Below are positions 38,472-48,781 of a stretch of 64,000 bases of DNA, piece by piece. The notes below the pieces were generated by a model. That model made no database searches, was not told where the DNA came from, and was given only the letters and a program-made list of their open reading frames with translations. The first letter of the stretch is position 1. Each line of letters opens with the position of its first letter. Source of the stretch: an uncultured bacterium (GTDB taxonomy: Bacteria > Verrucomicrobiota > Verrucomicrobiia > Limisphaerales > UBA8199); contig CAVVMW010000006.1 of the NCBI GenBank assembly GCA_963749495.1, positions 800,001 to 864,000 on the forward strand. Reading direction: 5' to 3'. A program made the translations under genes and the position numbers.

Positions 38472-40657
38472 GCACGGCTTCGGCGTTTAGAACGGCCCTT
38501 GTCGGGTGGAATCGGGGCGTGAGCGCAGGCGAGGATCTCGTCGCCACAACGGCTCGCGCAGTGTGAATTGCCAGGCTGTTATAGGAAGGATTTGCTCAGA
38601 TCCGGGCAGCAATGTGGGAAGCCATAGAAACGTCCGGCATGCAGAGAGACCAGACCGATCAGAGCCGAACCGATGCTCAGACTCAGGGGAGCACCCCATC
38701 AGGTGTTATTGAGCAGAGGACGACCGACCAGGTCGATGGCCAAGCGGCGATTGTTCCTGGCGGCACAGCGAAAGCGTGGCAGATAGGAGGTGGCTTTGTG
38801 CTGGCGGGCAGCATCCAGGGCACAGAGGCCGATGACCAGGTTGCGCAAGGCACCCAGGTTTTGCGGGCCGTGGCCGGTGCGGACGGTGCAAGCATCTTCG
38901 CCGAAAGTGACATCGCGCACGTAGTGGACCGACTCGATGCTCCAATGGCCACGGCGAAAGGCCTGCAATTGCGCCGCATCCATCTGCGCATTGGGGCGGC
39001 TGCTCAAGACCAGTTCGGCCTCCTCGGTAACGCGAACGGCTTTGAGATGGTGAGTAGTGCGCACGATGACGGCGGCTTGGAGGGCGTGTGGGAAGCCGCA
39101 CTGTTGGGGTGTGACTTCAAAGGGCCAGACCTCGCGGGTTTCATGCCGTCCATGGCCTTGGTCAATCGTGATGTGCTCAGGGGGAAAAAACGCCTTTCGG
39201 CGCGTGAGACAGGCGGGCCAGTTTGTCGAAGAGCTTGGGTTGATTGGCTTTGACGACCAGGAGGTAGTCAGCCTTTTTTTCCTCGACCACATGGTCGGCG
39301 GTGGCGGTCTGAGTATTGAGCGCGTCGGCGCTGACCAAGGTGCCGCGCAGGTCCAAGTCCCGGAGCAGGTCCTTGAGGGTGGGTATTTCATTGGTCTTGG
39401 CCGGGATTTGGATTTGGCGGCAAAAGAGTTGGGTTTGGGTGTCCAGGGCGCCGAAGAGTTGGATGCCTTGTCCGTTGATTTTGGTGGCGGTGCGGGCACA
39501 TTTGCCATCGACGGCCAGTGCGGCGATGCCCGCGTTCTTGAGGTGGGAGCGCAGCCAATCGTTGATCAGCCTGTCCAATTCTGTCGGGTCCAGGCGCTGG
39601 AGGATTCGGCGGATGGTCGTTTCGCTGGGAGGGATGAACTTGCGGGTCTTGCGGCAACGGCAGGCGCGCAGGCTGCGGAGTTGGTTTTGGTTGAGGGACT
39701 GGGAGAACTCGCCGATATTGATCAGGGAGTTGTTGCCCGCAATCATCGCGGCGGCAGCAATGGCCACAATGGAGGCGACGCGGCGATGGCGCCAACCCCG
39801 GTAGCGGCGGGGGTCGTGGAGTGGGGCCAGGGCGTGGAGCAAGCTTTGGGTTTGTTTTCCGCTCAAAGGATATTCCTGAGGCGGGGCTCTCGGCGATAGG
39901 GCGCCCAAGCTGCCGGCATGAGCGGAGCCGAGAGGATCTGGCGGGCGTTGCGGACCAGCGGATACACGAAGATGGCTTTGGGCTGCTGGTGGAGTTGATA
40001 GAAATCCAGGCGGGAGCGTCCCCAGCCTTTGGTCACGCCGATTTCAAACCAATTGGCGGCACGATAACAGGTGCCTTCGAACCGTTTGGGGTCCACATAG
40101 GTTTCGACCAAGGCGATGGGGTGGCCGTAGTGTTCCAGCCAGTCGGCACTGAGGCGCTGGAGGTTGAGGCTCAGGCAGTGGGAAGCCAGGTTGGGCGAGC
40201 GGCCTTTGGGCCTGAGCAGCGCGAAGCGAGCGTTGCAGGCCAGCAGGTGGCGTCCGGCCTGTCGCTGAGCGTCGGTCCAGCCGATCCAGGCATCGCGGGG
40301 CCGCAGATGGAAGGCGGCGCTGGACCAACCCAACAGGCCGATCCATCGCCCCTTTTTCTTGATCACATAGCGAAGCGACTCGCCGACCATGCGATGCTCT
40401 TTGAGGTAATGGTGTTTTCGGATCAGTTTGTTCCACCGAGCTTCCTCCTCAAGGCTCTTGACCAACTCGACGGTGATCGTCTTATCGGTGGTCTCTCGGA
40501 GGATTTGGGTGACGAGGTCCTCAGGTTTGGAGGTCCGTTTTATCTGTGCAGGACAAATCATGCCGCCGAGTTTGGCAGCCTCGGGGGGCTTTGTCCAGTC
40601 CCACGTTATATCCAATTGATCAGCAACAACTTACGCAATGATCCGCCGAAGCCGTGC
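38472..40657 (-). mobile_element. ISAs1-family element with DUF4338 domain
   Basis: Perfect 14-bp TIR GCACGGCTTCGGCG (38472-38485) / CGCCGAAGCCGTGC (40644-40657). No target duplication. Confidence 0.85.
38699..40561 (-). CDS. DUF4338-ISAs1 transposase in three frames (shifts near 39880 and 39185)
   Basis: HHYL..GESLRY..RDAWIGW..ETYVD..GTCYRAANW; DPRRYRGWRH, VDGK, KTNEIP, ADALNTQ, VKANQP; GHGRHETR, RGHWSIE.VHYVRDVTFGED. Confidence 0.88.
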
Positions 40658-41386
40658 CTCGGGGCGGGCGAGACGGCGGCGACCTTCGACCTGAGCAACA
40701 CCACGGCATCCCCGGGGCTGAGCCTGGCTCCCGATGTGAACCCGTCGGTGTATGGGCAGGCTGTGACTCTCACGGCGACGGCGACGCCGGTTGGCGGGAC
40801 AACACCGGCGGGCCAAGTGGTATTTCGCGACGGGACCACGGAACTAGAGAGGCGGAGCCTCAGACCGTGGCTTGGGCATCTTGCCCAAGCCCCCACGGGC
40901 AGGATGCCCGTGCCACAAACTTGACTTGTCTGCATCACGTTTCGAAACTCAAGGAATCTAGGCAGCGGGACGCTCGTCGGCAGCGCGGGCAGCGCCTCCG
41001 CCCGTTTCAGCACCAGCGCACTGGCGGCGGGGATGCACACCATCACCGCCGAGTGCGCCGACTCTTCGGGTGTGAGCGGCTGCACCAGCTCGACCGTGCT
41101 GACGGTGAACCCCGCGGTGCTAGCGGCCACACCCAATAACTGGGGCCGGCAGTACGGGGCACCCAACGGGCCGACTCATCTGGATGTGTCGCACTGGCTG
41201 GACACCGGGGTGCAGGTAGTGGTGGGCGGCACGCCCGGGCAGGTCTATCAGATCCAGGCATCGGATGACCTGCTCCACTGGACAGTGCTGGAGACCGTCT
41301 CGGCAGGCCCGACCGGGGCAATCGAGCTCCCTGGACGCGGCGGCGCGCACCCGCCCGTATCGGTTCTATCGCGCGGTGCCGCAATA
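40658..41386 (+). pseudogene. 3' remnant of an Ig-like (Big_3) surface protein
   Basis: NPSVYGQAVTLTAT..GQVVFRDG, then STSALAAGMHTITAE, YQIQASDDLLHW, RFYRA. Truncated by the IS and interrupted by a 110-bp insert. Confidence 0.7.
40848..40957. mobile_element. 110-bp CTAG-flanked insertion with REP-like palindrome
   Basis: CTAG at 40844-40847 and 40958-40961. Removing it restores the GTTELGSGTL frame. Confidence 0.7.
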
Positions 41387-41420
41387 GCATCCGCGCGGCC
41401 CCGGGCTGCACAGAGCCCTT

Positions 41421-41658
41421 AACAGAAGGAAACGAAGGTAACGAAGAACCAAGGCAGCTTTCCGTGAAGCGTCGCCAAGCCCGAAGGTTTTGGACTGCGC
41501 CAGTCCTCTGGCGCTTTGGTACGCACAGGGGTCGGAAAAGCGGCAGAGGGCTGCCGCAGTCCAAAACGCTTCGCGCCGGGCAACGTCCGTCCGGTTCATG
41601 GTCCCCAGCCACGATGTGAACATCTTCGAGCCTTCGTTCCCTTCGTTTGCTTCTGTTC
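41421..41658. repeat. Nested REP/MITE-like palindromic element
   Basis: Outer AACAGAAGGAAACGAAGG / CCTTCGTTTGCTTCTGTT IR, related to 59590-59685. Inner TTGGACTGCG..CGCAGTCCAA, related to 48610-48687. Confidence 0.7.
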
Positions 41659-41765
41659 CCCTTTTCAGCGGACTTGCGCGCGGCGCCGCCGCATGAGAGA
41701 CTAATGATTCGGTTTGGCGGATGGGATGATTGCAGATTATGGCGCGAGTGAGCGAGAGCCCGGAC

Positions 41766-43094
41766 ATGAAAGAAACCGACCCGTACCTCGAGAAGTTCGA
41801 GCGGTTTGAGAAGGAAACCAAGCAGCCGGCGTGGCTTTTTCCGTTGCGCAAGGCCGGCCTGGCGCGTTTTGCCGAGATGGGTTTTCCGACCCTCCAGGAT
41901 GAGGACTGGCGTTTCACCAACGTGGCGCCCATTGCGGGCCTGCCGTTCAAACCGGTCTTCGAGACCTCCCTGGACGGCCTTACGCCCGGGAGCATCACGG
42001 GGTTCACCTTCGGCCGGATGGCGGCGGCGCGCCTGGTCTTTGTGGACGGCCATTACGCGGCGGAGCTGTCGTCGCCGGGCCGGCCCCGGCCCGGGGTCGC
42101 CCTGGGCAGCCTGGCCGCCGCGCTGGGGAGCGATTCGGGGGCGCTTGAAAAGAATCTCGGGCACTGGGCGCAGGAACAGGCCGGGCCGTTTGCCGCGCTG
42201 AACCTGGCGTTCTTTCAGGACGGCGCGTTGGTCCAGGTCGCGCCGGGCAAGGTCCTGGACGAGCCGATTCACTTGCTGTTTATTTCGACGGCCAAAGAGG
42301 CCGGGGCGACCTCGCACCCGCGGAGCCTGCTGGTGGCCGGGGCCGGCAGCCGGGCTACGGTGCTGGAGAGCTATGCCAGCCTGGGCGGCGCGCCCTGTTT
42401 TGCCAACGCCGTCACCGAACTGGTCCTCGAAGAGGGGGCCTCCATCGAACACTGCAAGTTCCAGGACGAGGGCCCCGGCGCCTTCCATATCGCCGCCCTC
42501 CACGCCCAACTGGGCCCGCGGTGCAACCTGCTCTCTCACTCCATTGCCACCGGGGCCAGGCTCTCCCGCAATAACATCCATGCCACCCTGGCCGGCCCCG
42601 GCATCGAGTGCGTCCTCAACGGGCTCTACCTGACCCGCGGCGACCAACTGGCCGACCATCACATGGTCGTCGAGCACGCCGCCCCGCGCTGCGCCAGCCA
42701 CGAATTCTACAACGGCATCCTCGACGGCCGCTCCAAGGGGGTCTTCCACGGCCGCATCCTGGTCCGGCCCGACGCCCAAAAGACCGATGCCAAACAGACC
42801 AACAAGAACCTCCTGCTCTCGGAAGAGGCAACCGTGGACACCAAGCCGCAGTTGGAGATCTATGCCGATGACGTGAAGTGTACCCACGGCGCCACCGTCG
42901 GCCAACTCAATGAAGAATCCGTCTTCTATCTGCGCAGCCGGGGCCTGGGCGCCGAAACCGCCCGGCGCATGCTCATCCATGCCTTTGCCGCCGAGATCAC
43001 CGAGCGCATCCGTTGCGCGCCCGCCCGTCAGGAATTGGACCGCCTGGTCTGGGAGCGGCTCGAGGCCAACCCACGCGTGGCGCAGAAAAAGTAG
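41766..43094 (+). CDS. sufD: Fe-S cluster assembly protein SufD
   Basis: GFPT..DEDWRFT, AQKTDAKQTNKNLLLS, KPQLEIYADDVKCTHGATVG, FYLRSRG. Confidence 0.95.
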   Translation: MKETDPYLEKFERFEKETKQPAWLFPLRKAGLARFAEMGFPTLQDEDWRFTNVAPIAGLPFKPVFETSLDGLTPGSITGFTFGRMAAARLVFVDGHYAAELSSPGRPRPGVALGSLAAALGSDSGALEKNLGHWAQEQAGPFAALNLAFFQDGALVQVAPGKVLDEPIHLLFISTAKEAGATSHPRSLLVAGAGSRATVLESYASLGGAPCFANAVTELVLEEGASIEHCKFQDEGPGAFHIAALHAQLGPRCNLLSHSIATGARLSRNNIHATLAGPGIECVLNGLYLTRGDQLADHHMVVEHAAPRCASHEFYNGILDGRSKGVFHGRILVRPDAQKTDAKQTNKNLLLSEEATVDTKPQLEIYADDVKCTHGATVGQLNEESVFYLRSRGLGAETARRMLIHAFAAEITERIRCAPARQELDRLVWERLEANPRVAQKK

Positions 43095-43103
43095 AGCACG
43101 CCC

Positions 43104-43559
43104 ATGTTCGACAACCTCAACGACCTGTATCAGCAAGTCATTCTGGACCACTGCAAGCACCCGCGCAATTTCCGCGAGCTGGGCCATCCCACCTGCTCCG
43201 CCCAGGGCCACAACCCGCTCTGCGGCGACCAGTTGAAGCTCTACGTTGCCCTGGAGAACGGGCTCCTCCAGGACATCAGCTTCGTCGGCTCCGGTTGCTG
43301 CATCTCGAAGGCCTCGGCCTCGCTCCTGACCGAGTCGGCCAAAGGCAAGACCCGGGACCAGGTCGAGAAACTCTTCGCCCAGGTGCGCGAGATGGTGACG
43401 ACCGGCCGGGTGGAAGGCGAGGTGGGCAAACTGGCCGTGTTCGCCGGGGTGCATAAGTTCCCCGCCCGCGTCAAGTGCGCCATCCTCCCCTGGCACGCCC
43501 TGATGGCCGCCCTCAAAGGCCAAGGCCAGCCGGTGACGACGGAGTCGGAAGAGGCATGA
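43104..43559 (+). CDS. sufU: SUF system SufU
   Basis: LYQQVILDH..PRN, NPLCGD, GCCISKASAS, RVKCA.L.W. Confidence 0.95.
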   Translation: MFDNLNDLYQQVILDHCKHPRNFRELGHPTCSAQGHNPLCGDQLKLYVALENGLLQDISFVGSGCCISKASASLLTESAKGKTRDQVEKLFAQVREMVTTGRVEGEVGKLAVFAGVHKFPARVKCAILPWHALMAALKGQGQPVTTESEEA

Positions 43560-43605
43560 CCTGGAAGCGACAGGCAGCCCCTCATCGGCTATATTTCCAA
43601 TAGTT

Positions 43606-44154
43606 ATGAATAGCGACAAGACGACCACATTGACCCGCGACGTTGAGGCGGCCATGATCCCAATCGGGTCAATGGTCAAGCTCCAGAAAGGCGAGCGGGC
43701 CCACATCACGCAGTCGCTGGGGGGCAGCTACACCGTCATCGTCAATGGAAACTTGTTTCGGATCGAGGGCAAAGACGCCGACGCGCTGGGCCGGGAGAAG
43801 GCGGCCAAGGCCGCCGGTTCCGGCGCCCCGGTGACCCAGGAACAGCTTGAAAAGGAGATCTGGAACCAGTTGCGCTCCTGCTACGACCCGGAGATCCCGG
43901 TGAACATCGTCGACCTGGGCCTGGTTTATGACTGCCACATCACCCCCCTCGGGGCGTCCAGTTTCAAGGTGGAGGTGAAGATGACGCTCACGGCGCCCGG
44001 CTGCGGCATGGGCCCCATGCTGGCCCAGGACGTGCAAAGCCGCCTCCTGGGCCTGGAAGGCGTCGAGGACGTCGCCGTCGAGTTGGTCTGGGACCCGCCC
44101 TGGAACCAGGCCATGATCAGCGAGGCGGCCAAGCTGCAGTTGGGCTTGATGTGA
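43606..44154 (+). CDS. sufT: Fe-S assembly protein SufT (DUF59)
   Basis: ITQSLGGSYTV, CYDPEIPVNIVDLGL, TLTAPGCGMG, VWDPPW. Confidence 0.92.
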   Translation: MNSDKTTTLTRDVEAAMIPIGSMVKLQKGERAHITQSLGGSYTVIVNGNLFRIEGKDADALGREKAAKAAGSGAPVTQEQLEKEIWNQLRSCYDPEIPVNIVDLGLVYDCHITPLGASSFKVEVKMTLTAPGCGMGPMLAQDVQSRLLGLEGVEDVAVELVWDPPWNQAMISEAAKLQLGLM

Positions 44155-44170
44155 GGCGAGGTGATGTGAC

Positions 44171-45424
44171 ATGTCCTCCGTGCCCCTCCAAGCTGAACCG
44201 ATGCCGGACTGGTCCGCCTTGCGGGACGACTTTCCGATCCTGGACCAAAAGGTCCATGGCTGGCCGCTGATCTATTTCGACAACGCCGCCACGACCCAGA
44301 AACCGCGGGCGGTCATCGAGGCCTTGTGCCGCTACTACGAGCGGGACAATGCCAACGTCCACCGCGGCATCCACGAACTGAGCAACCGCGCCACCGCCGC
44401 CTTCGAGGCCGCCCGCGCCCGGGCCGCCGCATTCATCCACGCGCGCAGCCCCGAGGAGATCGTCTTCACCCGCGGCACCACCGAGGGCATCAACCTCGTC
44501 GCCCAGTCCTGGGGCTCCAAGCACGTCGGGCCCGGCGACGTCCTCCTGCTCACGGAGATGGAGCACCACAGCAACATCATCCCCTGGCAACTCCTGGCCG
44601 AGCGCAGCGGCGCGCGCCTGGCCTTCCTGCCCGTGACCGGAGACATCGGTCTGCTGGACTTCAGCCGCCTGGACCAACTCCTGACGCGCCAGGTCAAGCT
44701 CCTGGCCCTGACGCACATCTCCAACTCCCTGGGGACCATCAACCCTGTGGCCGAACTGTGCGCCCGCGCCCGCGAACTCGGCGTCACCACCCTCGTCGAT
44801 GCCGCCCAGAGCGCCGGCCACCGCCCCCTGGACGTGCAGGACATCGGCTGCGATTTCCTGGTCTTCTCCGGCCACAAGATGTGCGGGCCCACCGGCATCG
44901 GCGTGCTCTACGGACGCCAGGAAATCCTCGAGGCCATGCCGCCTTACCAGGGCGGCGGCGAGATGATCCTCAACGTCGAGTTCGACCACAGCACCTGGAA
45001 ACACGCCCCGCACAAATTCGAGGCGGGCACCCCCGACATTTCCGGGGCCGTCGGGTTGCACGCCGCCATGGACTACCTGGACCGCATCGGCCGCCAGCGC
45101 ATCGCCCAGCATGACCAGGAACTGGGCGCCTATGCCTATGCCCACATTTCCCGCCTCAATGGCATCCGCCTCTTCGGCCCGCACATCGGGCGCGCCGGCC
45201 TGGTCAGCTTCCTCCTCGACGGCGTCCACGCCCACGACCTTGTCACCGTGGCCGACCAGCGGGGCGTGGCCCTGCGCGGCGGCCACCACTGCAACCAGCC
45301 CCTCATGCGCAAGCTCGGCGTCGAGTCCACCGCCCGCGCCAGCTTCTACTTTTACAACACCACCGACGAAATCGATCGCTTCTACAAAGTCCTGGTCGAG
45401 ATACAGAAGTTCTTCGGAGGGTGA
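44171..45424 (+). CDS. sufS: Cysteine desulfurase SufS
   Basis: YFDNAATTQKP, EHHSN, SGHKM.GPTG, RGGHHCNQPL. Confidence 0.96.
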   Translation: MSSVPLQAEPMPDWSALRDDFPILDQKVHGWPLIYFDNAATTQKPRAVIEALCRYYERDNANVHRGIHELSNRATAAFEAARARAAAFIHARSPEEIVFTRGTTEGINLVAQSWGSKHVGPGDVLLLTEMEHHSNIIPWQLLAERSGARLAFLPVTGDIGLLDFSRLDQLLTRQVKLLALTHISNSLGTINPVAELCARARELGVTTLVDAAQSAGHRPLDVQDIGCDFLVFSGHKMCGPTGIGVLYGRQEILEAMPPYQGGGEMILNVEFDHSTWKHAPHKFEAGTPDISGAVGLHAAMDYLDRIGRQRIAQHDQELGAYAYAHISRLNGIRLFGPHIGRAGLVSFLLDGVHAHDLVTVADQRGVALRGGHHCNQPLMRKLGVESTARASFYFYNTTDEIDRFYKVLVEIQKFFGG

Positions 45425-45489
45425 GGCTGCGGAAATTTGCGCATTGCGCGCGGGGCGGAGCGGGTATAGTCTGGACGCTTTAGAACGAT

Positions 45490-46498
45490 ATGAATCGCAA
45501 ACCGCACGTAGGCATTGTCGGCGCGACAGGCGCCGTAGGCATCGAGATGATCCGGACCTTGGAGAGGCGCAATTTCCCGGTGGGGAAGTTGACGTTGCTC
45601 GCCTCGGCGCGCTCGGTGGGCAAGCGCCTGAGCTTCGGGGCGGAGACGGTGCCGGTGAAGGAGTTGACGCGGGATGCGTTTGCTGGGATGGACCTGGCGC
45701 TGTTCAGCGCGGGGGCCGCCATCTCCAGGGAATACGCGCCCCTGGCGGTCAAGGCCGGGTGCGTGGTGGTGGACAATTCGAGCGCCTTCCGGATGGACAA
45801 CCAGGTGCCGCTGGTCGTGCCCGAGATCAACAGGGCGGACATCAAGGAGCATCACGGCATCATTGCCAACCCGAACTGCACGACGGCCGTCACGCTGATG
45901 GCGCTCTACCCGCTGCACCGGGCCTTCGGCTGCAAACGCATTTTCGCCTCCAGCTACCAGGCCGTCTCCGGCACCGGCGCCAAGGCCATCGCCGAACTCG
46001 AACGCCAGGTCGCTCAACTGGTCAAGGGCGAGCCGGTCACGCGCTCGGTCTATCCCCACCAGATCGCCTTCAACGTGCTGCCGCACGTGGACGCCTTCCT
46101 GCCCTCCGGTTACACAAAGGAAGAGATGAAGATGGAGAACGAGGGCCGCAAGATCATGCACCACCCAACCTTCCGGGCCAGCGTCACCTGCGTGCGGGTG
46201 CCCGTGTACCGCGCCCACTCGGTCGCGGTCAGCGCCGAGTTCGATAAACCCGTGTCGGTCCAGGCCGCGCTCGAGGTGCTCCTCAAGGCGCCCGGGCTCG
46301 AACGTCATCGATAACCCGGCCAAGTGCCAATACCCGCTCCCGCTCTGCCAGGCGGAGAAGGACAACTGCGCCGTGGGACGGCTCCGCAAAGACTGCGCGA
46401 TGGACAACGGCCTGTGCTTCTGGGTCTCAGGTGACCAACTCCTGCGCGGCGCCGCACTGAACGCTGTCTTGATCGCCGAGGAACTGCTGCCCAAGTGA
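45490..46498 (+). CDS. asd: Aspartate-semialdehyde dehydrogenase (frameshift near 46300)
   Basis: GATGAVG, DNSSAFRM, ANPNCTT, TCVRVPV. The tail VGRLRKD..DQLLRGAALNAV is in the shifted frame. Confidence 0.95.
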
Positions 46499-46555
46499 AA
46501 CGTGAAACGTGATGCGTGAAACGTAATGCGTGAAACGTAATGCGTGAAACGTGAC
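46496..46555. repeat. Short tandem repeat (CGTGAAA/CGTAATG heptamers)
   Basis: tgaaacgtgaaacgtgatgcgtgaaacgtaatgcgtgaaacgtaatgcgtgaaacgtga. Confidence 0.9.
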
Positions 46556-46585
46556 CTCAACGCGGTCCGTGTTATCCCGGCGGGT

Positions 46586-46884
46586 GCGTCGCGGAGCGAC
46601 GGAGTGAAGGTAGCCGTGGACCTCGGTCCACGGTTCGGGGCGTCGGAAGAGCCTCGCGTCGCGTAGCAACGCCTGACAGCGTCGCGGTTTTCAGGCGTCG
46701 CTACGCGACGCGGTCGAGTTTGGGCCATGGGTCCGTGGACTGGAAGTCCACGGCTACCATCGGGCACCGCTACGCGGTGAGCCGGACGCAGCGTGCGCGT
46801 CGCGGAGCAACGGAGTGAAGGTAGCCGTGGACCTCGGTCCACGGTTCGGGGCGTCGGAAGAGCCTCGCGTCGCGTAGCGACGCC
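46586..46884. repeat. BIME-like REP cluster: 88-bp direct repeats flanking an inverted copy
   Basis: 46586-46673 and 46797-46884 are nearly identical. An inverted relative lies at about 46693-46775. Confidence 0.85.
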
Positions 46885-47037
46885 CGAGGATTGCGAGGCT
46901 GCCACGGGGACTCCAGGGGCGATTCACAAACGCAGAGACGCAAAGAACGCGGAGATCGGTGCCGTCTGCCTTGTCTCATCTCTGCGTTCTTCGCGTCTCT
47001 GCGTTTTCATTGCGCCTGCGAATCCGCCTTGTGCTCC

Positions 47038-48781
47038 CTACTCCGCCCTTCCAGTGAGGCCCGCCAGCATCACGGCCACGGCGTCCAGGTCGGCTCGGGG
47101 CGGGTGGTTGGGGTCGGGGGCGTGATAGCGGTTGAGCATGAGGCAGAAGGCGAAGCGCTCGCCGGCGGCGGAGGTGGCGTAGCCGGAGAGTGAGTGGGCC
47201 CAGCGCAGGCTGCCGGTCTTGGCGCGGACGTTGCCGGCGGCGGGGGTGTTTTTCATGCGGTTCTTGAGCGTGCCGTCCACGCCGGCGACGGGCAGGGCCT
47301 GGAGGAAGGTCTGGGCGCAGGGGTGGCGGCTCATGAACTGGAGCAGCGTAACGGTCGCATTGGGGGTCGCGAGATTGTCGCGGGACAGGCCGGAGCCTTC
47401 TTCGAGGAACACCTCGCCGCGCTTGATGCCGGCGCGGGCCAGGAACTGGTTGAGCTCGCGGATGCCCAGTTCCTCCGAGGTGCGGCCCGGGGGCGTGTCG
47501 GCGGCGCGCTGCCTCTCGCCGACACAGTCCAGGAGTAGGTCGGCGTAAAGATTCTGGGAGGGCTTGAGGACTTCACGGGCCAGGTCGCGCAGGGGCGGGG
47601 ATTCCACCGCCCCGAGTTCGACCATCGCGCTGGAGTTCATCGGGCTGGCCTGGCGGTCCAGCCAATCAACGGTTCGCAGCTTGCCCTCGAGGGCGATGCC
47701 GTGGCGGGCCAGGGCCTCTCTGAACAAGGCGACGAACAGGGCGGCCGGGTTGTGAACGGTCAACTCCTCGGTGGAGGCGGGGTCTTCGAGCGGCACCTGG
47801 CCGGAGACATAGACCACGTTCTGGCCCGGCAGGCGGTAGAAGCTGAGGCTGCGCCGGCCCCCTTTGGGGACTGTCTCGGTTCGATTGCTGATGGCCAGGA
47901 AGCCGGCGGCGGCGGCCGAGAGCGTGAGCCGGCAGGGGACGCCGTCGCGTTCGCCCGGCCTGAGGGCCGCCTCCAGGACATTGTCGTTAATCGTGAGCGC
48001 AGAGAGCTCCGCGCCGTAGCCGTATTCCTGGTCGTCCCAGGCCCAGCCGGAGCCGAACTCCGGGCCGCGCAGGTAACTGGCGTCCCCGACCAGGTCGCCG
48101 GTGATGCGCCGGACGCCGGCATTGGTGAGGGCGGCGGCCAGGGGCGCCAGGGCGTTGAAAATGTCGTTGCCATGGAACCGGGCATTGAGGGTTGGGTCGC
48201 CGCGGCCATAGACGATGAGGTCGCCCGGCAGCGTACCGGTCGAATCGGGCTTGGCGTTGGCGAAGAGGGAGGTCCGAATGCGGCAATCGGGGCCGAGGCG
48301 GTCCAGGGCCAGGGCCACGGTGTAGAGCTTCGAGTTGGAGGCCGGGCTAAGGAGCTTGCCCGCGTTGTGCTCGAAGAGGGTCTTGCCGGTGTCGAGCGAC
48401 ACGATCTTCACCCCCCACAAGGCGGCCGCAAACCTGGGCTGTGAAATGCAGGCGGCCAGCCGTTCCTGCAGTTGGGCCGGCGTGGCGGCAGGGGCCTGGT
48501 CCTGCCCCGAGGCGGCGCCCGCCGCGAGCAGGCCCGCCAGGAGAATGGCTGGAAAGTGCGCTCTAGGAGCCTGTTGAAATACCCCCCCGACCCCAAAGGT
48601 CGCTTGCGTTTTGGACTGCGGCAGTCCTCTGCCGCTCTTTGAGCCCTGGGCAAGCAAAAGCGGCAGAGGACTGCCGCAGTCCAAAACCTTGCGGGATTCC
48701 GACCGGTTCGGAGCGAGGGGTCGTCCTTCTGCAGTGCATGCCCGCGGGCTCCCAGTAGTTCAACAGGCTCCTAGGCTTCAT
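47038..48781 (-). CDS. dacB: D-Ala-D-Ala carboxypeptidase/endopeptidase PBP4, split at codon 4 by a MITE
   Basis: PASNSK (SxxK), GRGDP, SQN (SxN), GSGLSR, KTG. Removing the MITE restores MKPRAHFPAILLAGLLAAGAASG. Confidence 0.92.
48567..48770. mobile_element. MITE with TIRs and CTAG target duplication
   Basis: CTAG-GAGCCTGTTGAAATAC ... GTAGTTCAACAGGCTC-CTAG; internal REP-like palindrome. Confidence 0.85.

Noticed and set aside
36148..40561. Complete Druantia system from two DUF4338 genes
   Set aside because: No DruE helicase or DruB-D; the second DUF4338 lies inside the IS TIRs.
41043..43709. 888-aa minus-strand ORF and similar long antisense ORFs (30009-31529, 54377-56605, 57314-59536, 62127-63926)
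   Set aside because: Shadows of high-GC genes on the opposite strand; no motifs.
46496..46884. CRISPR array
   Set aside because: Heptamer tandems and two 88-bp REP-like copies; no regular repeats with unique spacers.
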